NCBI GenBank assembly: GCA_965207145.1
Contig: OZ242262.1
Location: 8,827 to 72,826, forward strand
Source of the DNA: Dehalococcoidia bacterium
Lineage (GTDB): Bacteria; Chloroflexota; Dehalococcoidia; Lucifugimonadales; UBA2962
Direction: 5' to 3'
Length of the DNA: 64,000 nucleotides
Shown: positions 47,226 to 56,097 of the stretch, in pieces
Layout: each line of letters opens with the position of its first letter
Numbering within the stretch: position 1 is the stretch's first letter
The notes under the pieces: generated by a model
Told to the model about the DNA's origin: nothing
Databases searched by the model: none
Seen by the model: the letters and a program-made list of their open reading frames with translations, nothing else
Position numbers and translations under genes: made by a program

Positions 47226-47876
47226 GTGTTGCGCACCCTGACTGGCAGACCGGCACTGCTTGCTCTGGCCACGTGTTTTTCTGTGGCCGCTCTGCTCGTC
47301 GGCTGTGGAGGGGAGACTTCCGGGACAGAGAGCCCTACCTCCCGGCCGGTTTCCACACCTACAGTCACGACCATCTCGGAGGAAGCCCAACAGCCTGAGC
47401 CAACGGCCGTTCCAACGACACCGCCTACCCAAATGGCGCTGGAGGTCGGGCATAAGGCGGGACAGAAAGCCCCGGACTTCATGCTGACCACCGTCGAAGG
47501 TGAGCAGGTCAGCCTGAACAGCTTTAGTGGTCGCCCACTACTCCTCTACTTCTACACCACCTGGTGACCAACCTGCCGTGCCTCGTTGAGGCACCTTAAG
47601 GAAGTTCAACCCGAATACGCGGATCGCGTGGGAATTCTTGCGGTGAACATAGACCCGCTGGAGACCGCCGAACAGATCCTGGCCTACAAGCAATCCGAAG
47701 GGTTCGTGTGGCCAATGACCGTGGCTGATGTGCAGGTTGTAAGGAACTACAACGTCACCCGCCAGGCCGCCTACGTCACTCTCGATTCAGACGGCGTCGT
47801 TTCGACCAGCGTCACCTACGGTAGTGAGACCGCTGAGGATTGGCGAGAGCTTTTCGAAGCCCTGCTGGATTCCTGA
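47226..47876 (+). CDS. TlpA/ResA-like thiol-disulfide oxidoreductase lipoprotein with an in-frame UGA at the first redox Cys position (candidate selenoprotein, UxxC).
   Basis: ORFs 47019..47567 and 47586..47876 are in the same frame, separated only by the TGA at 47565-47567. The joined sequence is APDFMLTTVEGEQVSLNSFSGRPLLLYFYTTW-U-PTCRASLRHLKEVQPEYADRVGILAVNID..., so the UGA sits exactly where the WCxxC Cys is expected. The GTG at 47226 gives the lipoprotein signal ...AALLVGC. Confidence 0.75.
47578..47594 (+). other. SECIS-like hairpin 10 nt downstream of the UGA.
   Basis: GTGCCTC-GTT-GAGGCAC is a perfect 7-bp stem with an apical loop starting GU. The loop begins 18 nt after the UGA. Confidence 0.6.
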
Positions 47877-48161
47877 TCACAGTTGCCGCCCCCGTAGTCT
47901 GGCCACGCCTGCGGCCCCTTTACGGTGTCAGATTGGGTGGGTAGGCCGCCCCGATCCCTTTTGCAGCGATTAATCGCCTACACCAGGCGAACACCTAGCC
48001 TCCGATCGGGAGTTCGTTTTTCCTGTTGTTGTCGGGCCTATTGCAGGAACAGCCGCTCGAAACGCCGCATGAGCCTGACTTTGGCGGTCGGCACTGCCAC
48101 TTTGCCACCGATAGCCGCTGCAGGGCAGGCAGTGCCGGTCCCGCACGGCCCAGGACCGTAT

Positions 48162-49217
48162 TTAGGCGGCCGGGGTGTCAGAATCGCTGGGGTCGGGATA
48201 AAACTGGGCGCAGTAGGCTCTAAATGGCATGAGCTCACCGTCGGAACGGCATAGGCGCGGGCGAGACTGATATTGCTTGCGACTCCAGATGAGCACGTCC
48301 TGTAGCACATCCTTTTCTTGCTGGGCGGCCATGAACTTGTTCATGATGGGCGCGCGCATCCCCACCGGGAGAAATCCGAGGCCCAGTATCCACCGCCTGG
48401 GGTTACGAATCTCCCGCACCTGACCTACCAAAGACATGTCGATCAGCGTGCCGTCGACGGGCGTCGCCAGTATCCACAGGCGCAGGTCCATGCCGATGGA
48501 GTGCTCGCGGATCTCCACGTACGAGTAGCCCAGTCCATAGATTCGCGTCCTCGCCGATATATTGAACGTTAGGCTCGCAATGCCTGCGATCGAGCGCGTT
48601 CTGGTGAAGTCGAAATCGCTTTCGAGAAGGTGTCCGTCCACGGACACGGGGTCGACGCGGTTTACGCCGTCGTAACCGTGCACGTACCGCAGGTGCGCCA
48701 GGTCAACCGAATTCTCCGTAGTCTCCTGAGGATGCCCGGGAAAACGGATGGTCTTGATATCAAGATCGCTCCAACCAGTTTGATCAGGCGACTCCGCGGG
48801 CAGGCTCCACTGGGGCGGCCTTCCCCGGATTCCCCACCACGCGAAGATCAACCCGGCTATTTCCCGTGTTTCGAAGACCCGCAGCCTTGCGAATTTCGGC
48901 GGAGGGGAAAAGGGAGTGGCAACGCATTGGCCCGTGGCATCGAACTCATAGCCATGAAAGGGACACACGAGCCGACCATCGCACACCCTCCCCCCTGCCG
49001 CAGGCCCCAGATCGGCACCAAGGTGAGGGCAAAAGGCCCCGGATACGCAGACTCGCCCGTCTTCATCGCACCAGACTATGATGCTCTCGCCCATCCAGGT
49101 CTTTTGGATGAGCTTCTCCCTCGAGATGGCCCGACGACTTGTAACGAAATACCAGCCCTCAGGGAAAGGGGAAGCTAGCGGGGCGTCAGCGGGCGCCTTA
49201 TAACGGGTTGCTATCGT
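48162..49217 (-). CDS. Rieske [2Fe-2S] non-haem-iron oxygenase (KshA / cholesterol-desaturase-type architecture). The N-terminus extends upstream of the first ATG.
   Basis: CPHLGADL...CPFHGYEF (Rieske) and ENSVDLAHLRYVHG (mononuclear iron). The reading frame stays open 41 codons upstream of the ATG at 49094 and encodes ...PFPEGWYFVTSRRAISREKLIQKTW, the first strands of the Rieske domain. Confidence 0.8.
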   Translation of the reverse strand, partial: TIATRYKAPADAPLASPFPEGWYFVTSRRAISREKLIQKTWMGESIIVWCDEDGRVCVSGAFCPHLGADLGPAAGGRVCDGRLVCPFHGYEFDATGQCVATPFSPPPKFARLRVFETREIAGLIFAWWGIRGRPPQWSLPAESPDQTGWSDLDIKTIRFPGHPQETTENSVDLAHLRYVHGYDGVNRVDPVSVDGHLLESDFDFTRTRSIAGIASLTFNISARTRIYGLGYSYVEIREHSIGMDLRLWILATPVDGTLIDMSLVGQVREIRNPRRWILGLGFLPVGMRAPIMNKFMAAQQEKDVLQDVLIWSRKQYQSRPRLCRSDGELMPFRAYCAQFYPDPSDSDTPAA

Positions 49218-49329
49218 TCAACACTCCTCGTGCGACTAACAGAGTAGCGCATAGCCGGTCATACGCGGCCGCCGCGGGCAAGGCGCAACTGGCGTTCGCT
49301 CAAGTGACGAAGGCCCCAAACCCGTCGAT

Positions 49330-51816
49330 CTAAGGAGTGCTCGGCTGATCCTGACCGTGACGCCGGTGCACATCCTCAATGGCCTCGTCAAGGTCGCTCC
49401 ACATGCGTTCGACCATGGAGCGCAGCCGCATGTTCTGGTACGCGCCCCAGACGACCATCGCGGGCAGCACCACCAGGATGGAGACTATGAGGGAGTAGGC
49501 GATGGTGATGGTCGCCGTGATACCGAACTGCTGTGACGCAAGCAGGGGCGAGGCTATCAGCACCCCGAATCCGAACGCCGTCGTCAGCGCCGAGCCCATC
49601 AGCGCCGAGCCCGTGGTAGCCAGGGTCCGCACAGCCGCTTGCTCCGGGTTGCGCAGACGGGCGAACTCCTCCCGGTAGCGATGAATCACGTGGATGGTGT
49701 AGTCCACCCCGATTCCGATCGACAGCGCCGTGATGATGGAGGTGACCAGGGTGTAGGGAATGTCCAGCAGCGCCATCGTACCCAGCACGCTGATGAGGAC
49801 GAGCACTATCGGCCCCACCGCAACGAGCCCGAGCATGGGCTGGCGCAGCGTCACCCAGAAGAAGATGGTGAGGATGCCCAGTGCAACCGCTACGGTGACA
49901 CTAATCGACTCCGTCTGCCGTCCGGTGATCTGGTCCGTGACCGCGATGGCGACGATGCTGCCCGAGGTCGCCGTGATGGCGCTGTCGTCGCCGGACCAGA
50001 GCGCCTCTATCTCCTCCTGTATCATCCCCGTTCCCTTGGGATCGCCCTGGTAGGTGGGGAACTGCAGCAGCAGCGTATCGACCCCGTCCGGATCGTTAAC
50101 GAGGAAGCGCGCCAGGTGGGGTTCCAGGTCGACAAGCCTGTCGATGACCTCCTGCATCAGTTCTCGATCGAGGCCCACCCCAACGGAGGCTTCCCGGTAG
50201 AGAGCCGCAAGCTCGGGGTCGTAGTTGTCTCCGGGCTCTCCTGTGTCTTCTACCCAGTCGCTCAGTGCCGAGTAGTACGAAGCCTGGATCGGTCCTGCCG
50301 CCTGGGGAGGACGGCGCGACTCGTCCTCAAATGCGGCCGTGAGATCCTGAAGATTCAGGAGCGTGCGTGTCTCGGTAGCCTCGGCCTTGACCACTACGCT
50401 GGTGAGCTCCGTAGAGCCTCCCACGGCTGCTTCGAGCGTTTCCATGTCCTCCAGCACGCTCCCACCCCGGGGCAGGATGTCGCGGATGCTGAATTCGGAC
50501 TTCAGTCCCGTTGCGGCGAACCCGAGCCCGACGGTCACCGCTATGACGCAGACCAGATAGGGCGCGGGCCAGCGTGTTACCGATCGCCCCAGCCGCTCCG
50601 CCAGCAGCGGGATGCCGGGCAATGCGTTAGAGATCGGTCGCGCGGGCGGCAAGGTGCCTCGTGCCTCGCGCCGCCGGTCTATGATGGTTCGTCCGGCCGG
50701 GATCAGGGTCAGCATCACTATCAGGCTCAATCCCACGCCCAAGCCCGCGACGATGCCGAAGTCGCCAATCACCCCTATCGGGGAGAACAGGCTCGCCAGC
50801 AGGCTCACAATTGTCGTGACGGCGGCCAGGGTTAGCGGGATCGTGACATTGCGCAGCCCCGTGCGGACGGCCGTCAGGACAGGCGCGCCTGCGGTTCGCT
50901 GCTCGCGGTAGTGGGACACGGCCTGAATGGCATAGTCCACCGTGAGGCTGATGAGGATCACGGGCACCATGGCGGTGAGCGAGCTGGGAGGGCCAATCGC
51001 TCCCAGCGCCTCCGGCCCGAGCCAGCCTTCCGCCCCGACAACCCAGATTATCGAGAGGATGAGGCCGAGCAGCGTTAACAGCGTATCCGAAATGGCGCGC
51101 GTAAAGAGCAGAAGCAGCGCTGCGATCAGGAGCAGCGCCAGGCCTATGAGCGGTGCCATACCCGACTCGGTGGCCTCCTTGTACTCGTCCTCGATGATCA
51201 CCGGGGATAGGCTGCTCACGTCAAGGGGGCCGTCATCCGCTGTAGCGAGGTCGCTGATCGCTCGTTCGGCGTCCTCGATTCGCTCGTCACCGGTGTCGAT
51301 CAGGCTTATGGTGGCGATCCCAACCGGCTTGCCGTCCTCGTCCTCTCCGGTCAGCGCGGAGAATGCCTCCTGCAACTGCGGCGTCCCGACCACGGAGTCG
51401 ATCTCTGCCTGCGTGACCGAATCGAAGCCGTCGACCCGGAGCACAGACTTGACCAGCGAAGTCGGGGCGGCGACGGGATCACCTGCAACCAGTAGCTCAC
51501 GAACGCCCTGGTCACTCTCGATCTCACCTAGCAGCGCGTCCATCTGAGAGAGCCCGTCGGGAGTGAGCACATCTCCGCGGAACACGAGCGTGGCAACGCT
51601 CACATCGCCCGAGTCGGCGAACGACGCCTCTATCTCCTGCGTCGCCGCAGCAACGGCGTGCCCGGGCGGAAGGAACGCCAGGTCGGCTCCTTCCGTGGGA
51701 GGGGCGCGCATCGTCACGCCCGCGCCAAGCAAGACTGTTACGGCGAGAAGGACTAGGAGCGTGACGTACGGGCGGACCGTGATCAGCCAGCTCAGCCTAT
51801 CGAGTACCTGGCCCAT
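49330..51816 (-). CDS. MMPL/RND-superfamily transporter (HpnN-like architecture).
   Basis: 828 aa with two blocks of about 6 TM helices, each preceded by a large soluble loop. The sequence texture is typical of MMPL proteins (…LSIIWVVGAEGWLG…, …GIGVDYTIHVIHRYREE…). Confidence 0.85.
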   Translation of the reverse strand: MGQVLDRLSWLITVRPYVTLLVLLAVTVLLGAGVTMRAPPTEGADLAFLPPGHAVAAATQEIEASFADSGDVSVATLVFRGDVLTPDGLSQMDALLGEIESDQGVRELLVAGDPVAAPTSLVKSVLRVDGFDSVTQAEIDSVVGTPQLQEAFSALTGEDEDGKPVGIATISLIDTGDERIEDAERAISDLATADDGPLDVSSLSPVIIEDEYKEATESGMAPLIGLALLLIAALLLLFTRAISDTLLTLLGLILSIIWVVGAEGWLGPEALGAIGPPSSLTAMVPVILISLTVDYAIQAVSHYREQRTAGAPVLTAVRTGLRNVTIPLTLAAVTTIVSLLASLFSPIGVIGDFGIVAGLGVGLSLIVMLTLIPAGRTIIDRRREARGTLPPARPISNALPGIPLLAERLGRSVTRWPAPYLVCVIAVTVGLGFAATGLKSEFSIRDILPRGGSVLEDMETLEAAVGGSTELTSVVVKAEATETRTLLNLQDLTAAFEDESRRPPQAAGPIQASYYSALSDWVEDTGEPGDNYDPELAALYREASVGVGLDRELMQEVIDRLVDLEPHLARFLVNDPDGVDTLLLQFPTYQGDPKGTGMIQEEIEALWSGDDSAITATSGSIVAIAVTDQITGRQTESISVTVAVALGILTIFFWVTLRQPMLGLVAVGPIVLVLISVLGTMALLDIPYTLVTSIITALSIGIGVDYTIHVIHRYREEFARLRNPEQAAVRTLATTGSALMGSALTTAFGFGVLIASPLLASQQFGITATITIAYSLIVSILVVLPAMVVWGAYQNMRLRSMVERMWSDLDEAIEDVHRRHGQDQPSTP

Positions 51817-52118
51817 GGCGCACTATTCTATATGAGTAAGCCCCGGTGGCCAGAACACGGGGACTCAGGCGTACGCGGCGGTCTTACCGGCCGCCAGGCC
51901 TCACCTCCGGCGGCTGTGATCCGCCCTCCACGTCTTCTAAGAGGCCCAGATGGTGACGACGCTGACGGGGCAGATCAGCGGTTCAGCCAACGCCTGGCGC
52001 CTGATGGCCTGATTGGGACCTCTCTCTAGGGTCGGGGTGAGCCGGGAACCATCCCCCGGCTGACGCGGATTCGCCACCTGTCCACTTTTGGCTGCCCTCG
52101 GCGAGGTTCTGATATGTC

Positions 52119-52562
52119 TCAGCGGGCTGGCGACGCCGGCGGGAGGGTGACGATGGTCAGCCAGAAATCCTCGATGGAATTAACCACCTTGACGAACTGG
52201 TCCAGGTCCAGTGGCTTTGTGATGTAGCAGTTGGCGTGCAGGTCGTAGGTGCTAAGCACATCATCTTCGGCCTGCGAACTGGTGAGGACCACCACAGGTA
52301 TGCGCTTGAGCCCATCGTCGCTCTTCATCTGAGCCAGGACTTCCCTACCGTGCTTTTTCGGCAGATTCAGATCCAGCAGAACCAGGTCGGGCAGTCTTTC
52401 GGCGCCGGTCAATATCTCCATCGCCCGCTCTCCATCGGACGCCACGACCATATCGTTCCGGACCTTGGCATCGCGCAACGCCTCTTGGGCAAGTCGGACG
52501 TCGCCCGGATTGTCCTCGACCATCAGTATGTGGATGGGCCTGCCGAACCGGGAATCACTCAA
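52119..52562 (-). CDS. Stand-alone response-regulator receiver (CheY-like).
   Basis: IHILMVEDNPGDVRLAQEAL...PDLVLLDLNLPKKHG...PVVVLTSS...ITKP. The TTG start overlaps the kinase stop (cTTGagTGA). Confidence 0.85.
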   Translation of the reverse strand: MSDSRFGRPIHILMVEDNPGDVRLAQEALRDAKVRNDMVVASDGERAMEILTGAERLPDLVLLDLNLPKKHGREVLAQMKSDDGLKRIPVVVLTSSQAEDDVLSTYDLHANCYITKPLDLDQFVKVVNSIEDFWLTIVTLPPASPAR

Positions 52563-54375
52563 GCTGCAGTCCCCCAGAGCCGTTGACCGAGGCCGGCATC
52601 GTGAACCAGAAAGTGGAGCCTAGTCCGGGCTCAGACTCGGCCCAGATTCTTCCCCCGTGCCTCTCCACGATCTTCTTGGCTATCGCAAGACCTATCCCGG
52701 TCCCCGGGTATTCGCTCCTCGTCTGAAGCCGTTGAAACACTCCAAATATCCTGTCCGCAAACTTTTGCTCAAAGCCTATTCCATTGTCCTTTACACCGAA
52801 GAGCCAGTGCCCTTCCTCGGCCACCGCCGACACCGAGACCTTCGGGCGATCCTCGCCCCGGTACTTGATGGCATTGCCGATCAGGTTCTGGAAGACCAGC
52901 TCGAGCTGGCCCGGATCGGCGTTTACCTCGGGCATCTCTTCGAAGATGACGCGGGCCTCCGTCTCGTCGATCAGAACCTGAAGGTTCTCGAGCGCTCTGG
53001 CGAGCGCGGCCCGGCTGTCGGTGGGAACAAGTTCACCGCCCCGGGTGCCCACGCGGGAAAAGGCCAGCAGGTCCTGGATGAGCTGCCTCATCCTCTCGGC
53101 TCCGTCGACGGCGAAATGAATGAAATCGTCAGCATCGGCGTCCAAACGGCCCTGGTACCTGCGCTCAAGCAGCGTTACGTAGCTGGAGACCATCCTCAGG
53201 GGCTCTTGCAGGTCGTGCGAGGCTACGTAGGCGAACTGCTCAAGGTCGGCATTGGAGCGCCTGAGCTCATCGTGGGTACTCTGCAGCTCGGTCACCAGCA
53301 GGCTGGTAGCCACCGCCCCGGCAACCTGGTCTCCGACCAGGCACAAAAACTGCAGATCTTCCTCCGAGTACGCGCCTTCTGCCTTGGACGCGACGGTCAG
53401 AAACGCCACCGTCTCGTGCATGGACAGCAGGGGAACGGTGATGATGGATCGGAATCCGGCTTCCATGCTCTCCAGCTCCCCGGGCAGGACGCCGGATTGC
53501 ACGATTTCCCCGGTCAGGTTCCAGATGCCGGCCCCGCCGAGCAGGGCCTGCTCCTCGGTGGTGCCCTTCATGGGCATGTCCTGCCAGGAGGCCCAACTCC
53601 CCGGAATGTCCTCTCCGCTCAGGTATGCAACACGGATGGTGTCCTTGGCCCCTCCAAGGACGGTGACGTTGATCCTGTCCACCGAAACCCTCTCGGCCAC
53701 CGCGGCCGCGAACTGCCTGTAGACATCGTCCATGTCGGAGGTGGACGTCACGATCCTGCCGATACGGGCCAGCAGGTCCCTTTCCCTCACCATCTCGCCG
53801 AGCCGGGAGACCATCGCCGAGTTGTAGAGTGCGCCCGAGATCTGGTTACCTACCTCCGTGGCCGACCGGAGATGGTCCTCGGTGTAGGCGTTTAGAGATC
53901 TTGACCGCAGCGTGAGAACCCCAATGACCTCCCCCCTGTAGAGCAGGGGAACCGAGATCTTTGATCTGAACCCGGCCCGGTAGTGCAGAGCCTCGACGCT
54001 GTACTCACCCGCCAGCCTCTCGTATTCATCTCCGCATGCAACCAGCCCCCTTTGCGATCTGGCCACGAGGAGCGCGGTCGTATCGTCCAGACGTCTGGTG
54101 GCGGCCCCATCCAGCTCCTGGGGCCCTGCACCGGCCACGTGGGAGTTGATCACCTCGTTGGACTCAAGGTCCAGGGTGGAGATGCTTATCCTGTCGAACG
54201 GGATAAGCCGGGCCACCGTGGAGTCGAACTGCTGGTAGACATCACCGATGTCATGCGTCGACGTGACTATCTGGCCGATCCGGGCCAGTTCCGCGTAAGC
54301 GACCCCGGAACTGGGTTGACCGGCGCTAGAGAGATCAGTACCCGGGCTCTCGTTCGGCCCTGGAGTGTGGGCCAT
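52555..54375 (-). CDS. Cytoplasmic sensor histidine kinase (GAF-GAF-HisKA-HATPase_c).
   Basis: The H-box is FAYVASHDLQEPLRMV, the N-box is NLIGNAIKY and the G-boxes are GIGFE / GTGIGLAIAKKIVERHGGRIWAESEPGLGSTFWF. The two N-terminal units of about 160 aa are GAF-like. No TM segment is present. Confidence 0.9.
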   Translation of the reverse strand: MAHTPGPNESPGTDLSSAGQPSSGVAYAELARIGQIVTSTHDIGDVYQQFDSTVARLIPFDRISISTLDLESNEVINSHVAGAGPQELDGAATRRLDDTTALLVARSQRGLVACGDEYERLAGEYSVEALHYRAGFRSKISVPLLYRGEVIGVLTLRSRSLNAYTEDHLRSATEVGNQISGALYNSAMVSRLGEMVRERDLLARIGRIVTSTSDMDDVYRQFAAAVAERVSVDRINVTVLGGAKDTIRVAYLSGEDIPGSWASWQDMPMKGTTEEQALLGGAGIWNLTGEIVQSGVLPGELESMEAGFRSIITVPLLSMHETVAFLTVASKAEGAYSEEDLQFLCLVGDQVAGAVATSLLVTELQSTHDELRRSNADLEQFAYVASHDLQEPLRMVSSYVTLLERRYQGRLDADADDFIHFAVDGAERMRQLIQDLLAFSRVGTRGGELVPTDSRAALARALENLQVLIDETEARVIFEEMPEVNADPGQLELVFQNLIGNAIKYRGEDRPKVSVSAVAEEGHWLFGVKDNGIGFEQKFADRIFGVFQRLQTRSEYPGTGIGLAIAKKIVERHGGRIWAESEPGLGSTFWFTMPASVNGSGGLQLE

Positions 54376-54391
54376 GGTTAGCGAACCCTGC

Positions 54392-54889
54392 CTATCCGAA
54401 AGGCCACCACCAGCGCCTTCTGGGAGCGGCGGGCGATTCTGTAACCGAGACCTCAGCGGGCTGCTCGGCCTCCCTCTCCGAATAGGACCGCAGAGTCGTC
54501 ATTGTCACGTCGAAGCGCGCGACGTTGACTGGCTTTCTCATGAAACGCGAAGGCGAGATCCCATACGACTGGAGCATGCTGCCCTCGGCGGAAGTCCCGG
54601 TCAGCACGACGACAGGTATGTGACGCAGTCCCTCGTCCTTGTTGATCTCGGCCAAGACCTCTAGGCCGGATCGCTTTGGCAGCTGCAGGTCGAGGAGAAT
54701 CAGCTCGGGAGAGAGCGTATCGGCGAACTCGCCCTCCTTGCGGAGGCGTGACAGGGCTATTTCACCATCCTCGGCGACGCTGACGCTCACCTCATACTTG
54801 GAGTCCTTCAGCGCTTCCTGGGTAAGTCGAGCGTCACCGGGGTTGTCCTCGACAAGAAGCACCTCGACTGTTCCCTCTTGTTCCTCCAT
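54392..54889 (-). CDS. Stand-alone response-regulator receiver with a WWWPFG tail; first gene of the RR-HK-RR operon.
   Basis: MEEQEGTVEVLLVEDNPGDARLTQEALKDSKYEVSVSV... differs at only 2 of the first 72 residues from the 23964..24476 product. The tail ends ...PRRRWWWPFG. Its stop is 16 nt before the kinase ATG. Confidence 0.9.
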   Translation of the reverse strand: MEEQEGTVEVLLVEDNPGDARLTQEALKDSKYEVSVSVAEDGEIALSRLRKEGEFADTLSPELILLDLQLPKRSGLEVLAEINKDEGLRHIPVVVLTGTSAEGSMLQSYGISPSRFMRKPVNVARFDVTMTTLRSYSEREAEQPAEVSVTESPAAPRRRWWWPFG

Positions 54890-55103
54890 TGCAATCCAAC
54901 TCCTTTCAGGGGACCGTCTGGGGTCAGGCGCGTTCCCCCGACGAACAATCTAATGACAAGTTTTTCTTGTTGTCAACTTAGTAAACGGAGTCACAATGAA
55001 CCGAACCTTCATCTAGTCGCCTATTTCCCCCAGTTAGCTTATAGACTAGTCGCCTTCAGTACGGCAAGCATGTGGGCCAATGCTCGTTACGTTGACCACC
55101 CTA

Positions 55104-55118
55104 TGTAACTTTGTTACA
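55104..55118. promoter_or_regulatory. Palindrome TGTAAC-TTT-GTTACA in the divergent promoter region between the RR operon and the wHTH gene.
   Basis: Read directly. It lies 31 nt upstream of the ATG at 55150 and about 215 nt upstream of the RR ATG at 54889. Confidence 0.5.
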
Positions 55119-55149
55119 TTGAACTATCCAATCATACGTAGAGGTTGAC

Positions 55150-55632
55150 ATGCCGGTTATACGTATAAGCGAAGATACTTGGCAGCGACTGAAACGTTGG
55201 GCATCGCCTCTCGAGGACACCCCGGATTCGACCATCGGGAAGTTGCTCGACCAGGTCGACAAGAACCTGGATTCCCCCGGCAAAAGGACCGCCAAGCAGG
55301 CCGGGGGCACTCGCCTGCCGAGAGGAAGAAAGACCGCCGAGCGAGAGTTCGAGAAGCCGCTGCTCGAAGCGCTGTTCGAGCTTGGCGGCACGGGCGTAAT
55401 GTACGAGGTCCTGCCCGTCGTTGAAGAGAAGATGCGTCCAATCCTAAAGGAAGTGGACTACGAGCGATTGCCTTCGACGGGTGTCGCCCGATGGCGCAGC
55501 ACCGCCCAGTGGACCAGGCACCGCCTGACCGAGCGTGGACTCATCAAGAGGGGGCCGACGAGAGGAATCTGGGAGCTGACCGAATACGGGGCAAAGACCG
55601 TCGGCCAGTGGATTGAGGAAACCACTCTATAG
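55150..55632 (+). CDS. Small DNA-binding protein with an Mrr_N-like winged-helix domain.
   Basis: FEKPLLEALFELGGTGVMYEVLPVVEEKMRPILKEVDYERLPSTGVARWRSTAQWTRHRLTERGLIKRGPTRGIWELTEYG matches the Mrr N-terminal wHTH pattern. Confidence 0.65.
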   Translation: MPVIRISEDTWQRLKRWASPLEDTPDSTIGKLLDQVDKNLDSPGKRTAKQAGGTRLPRGRKTAEREFEKPLLEALFELGGTGVMYEVLPVVEEKMRPILKEVDYERLPSTGVARWRSTAQWTRHRLTERGLIKRGPTRGIWELTEYGAKTVGQWIEETTL

Positions 55633-55647
55633 AAAGGGAGACCCTTA

Positions 55648-56097
55648 ATGATCAATGTGGACGCATTCTCGCACCTTCAAGCCGATCAGGTGGACCGCAT
55701 CCTCGGCTTGGGCGAGCGCCGGATGGTGTCGGCGGGAACCCTCCTCGGGCACACTGACGAGCCGGTGACCTCCTTTTACATCATCCTCAGCGGGCAAGCC
55801 GAGTTGTCATACGGGTCGCAGTCGTGGGAGATGGCGATCCGACTGGCCGGCCCGGGCGAGACGTTTCCCTGGGCGGGTCTGGGGAGCACCGGCAACCTCG
55901 TTACGAACTGCAGGGCCAGGATCGACATGGAGGTCCTGGACATTCCCATCGACGACCTGACGGCTCTGTTTCGTAAGGATCCTGAAATCGGGATGGGCTT
56001 TTATCACGGTGTCATGGAACTGTTTGCCGGACAGTACAGGCGGACTCTGGCGATGCTGGCGGCAAATGTGGAGCGCGAGCTAACCGGGATGCGCTAG
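55648..56097 (+). CDS. Cyclic-nucleotide-binding-domain protein (no HTH).
   Basis: 149 aa with ...FYIILSGQAELSY...RLAGPGETFPWAGL..., the cNMP-binding beta-roll pattern. It starts 15 nt after the wHTH gene. Confidence 0.7.
   Translation: MINVDAFSHLQADQVDRILGLGERRMVSAGTLLGHTDEPVTSFYIILSGQAELSYGSQSWEMAIRLAGPGETFPWAGLGSTGNLVTNCRARIDMEVLDIPIDDLTALFRKDPEIGMGFYHGVMELFAGQYRRTLAMLAANVERELTGMR

Noticed and set aside
49639-50835. 398-aa plus-strand ORF; similarly 52657..53895 (412 aa).
   Set aside because: Both are antisense to the MMPL transporter and histidine-kinase genes respectively, with typical GC-rich antisense composition.
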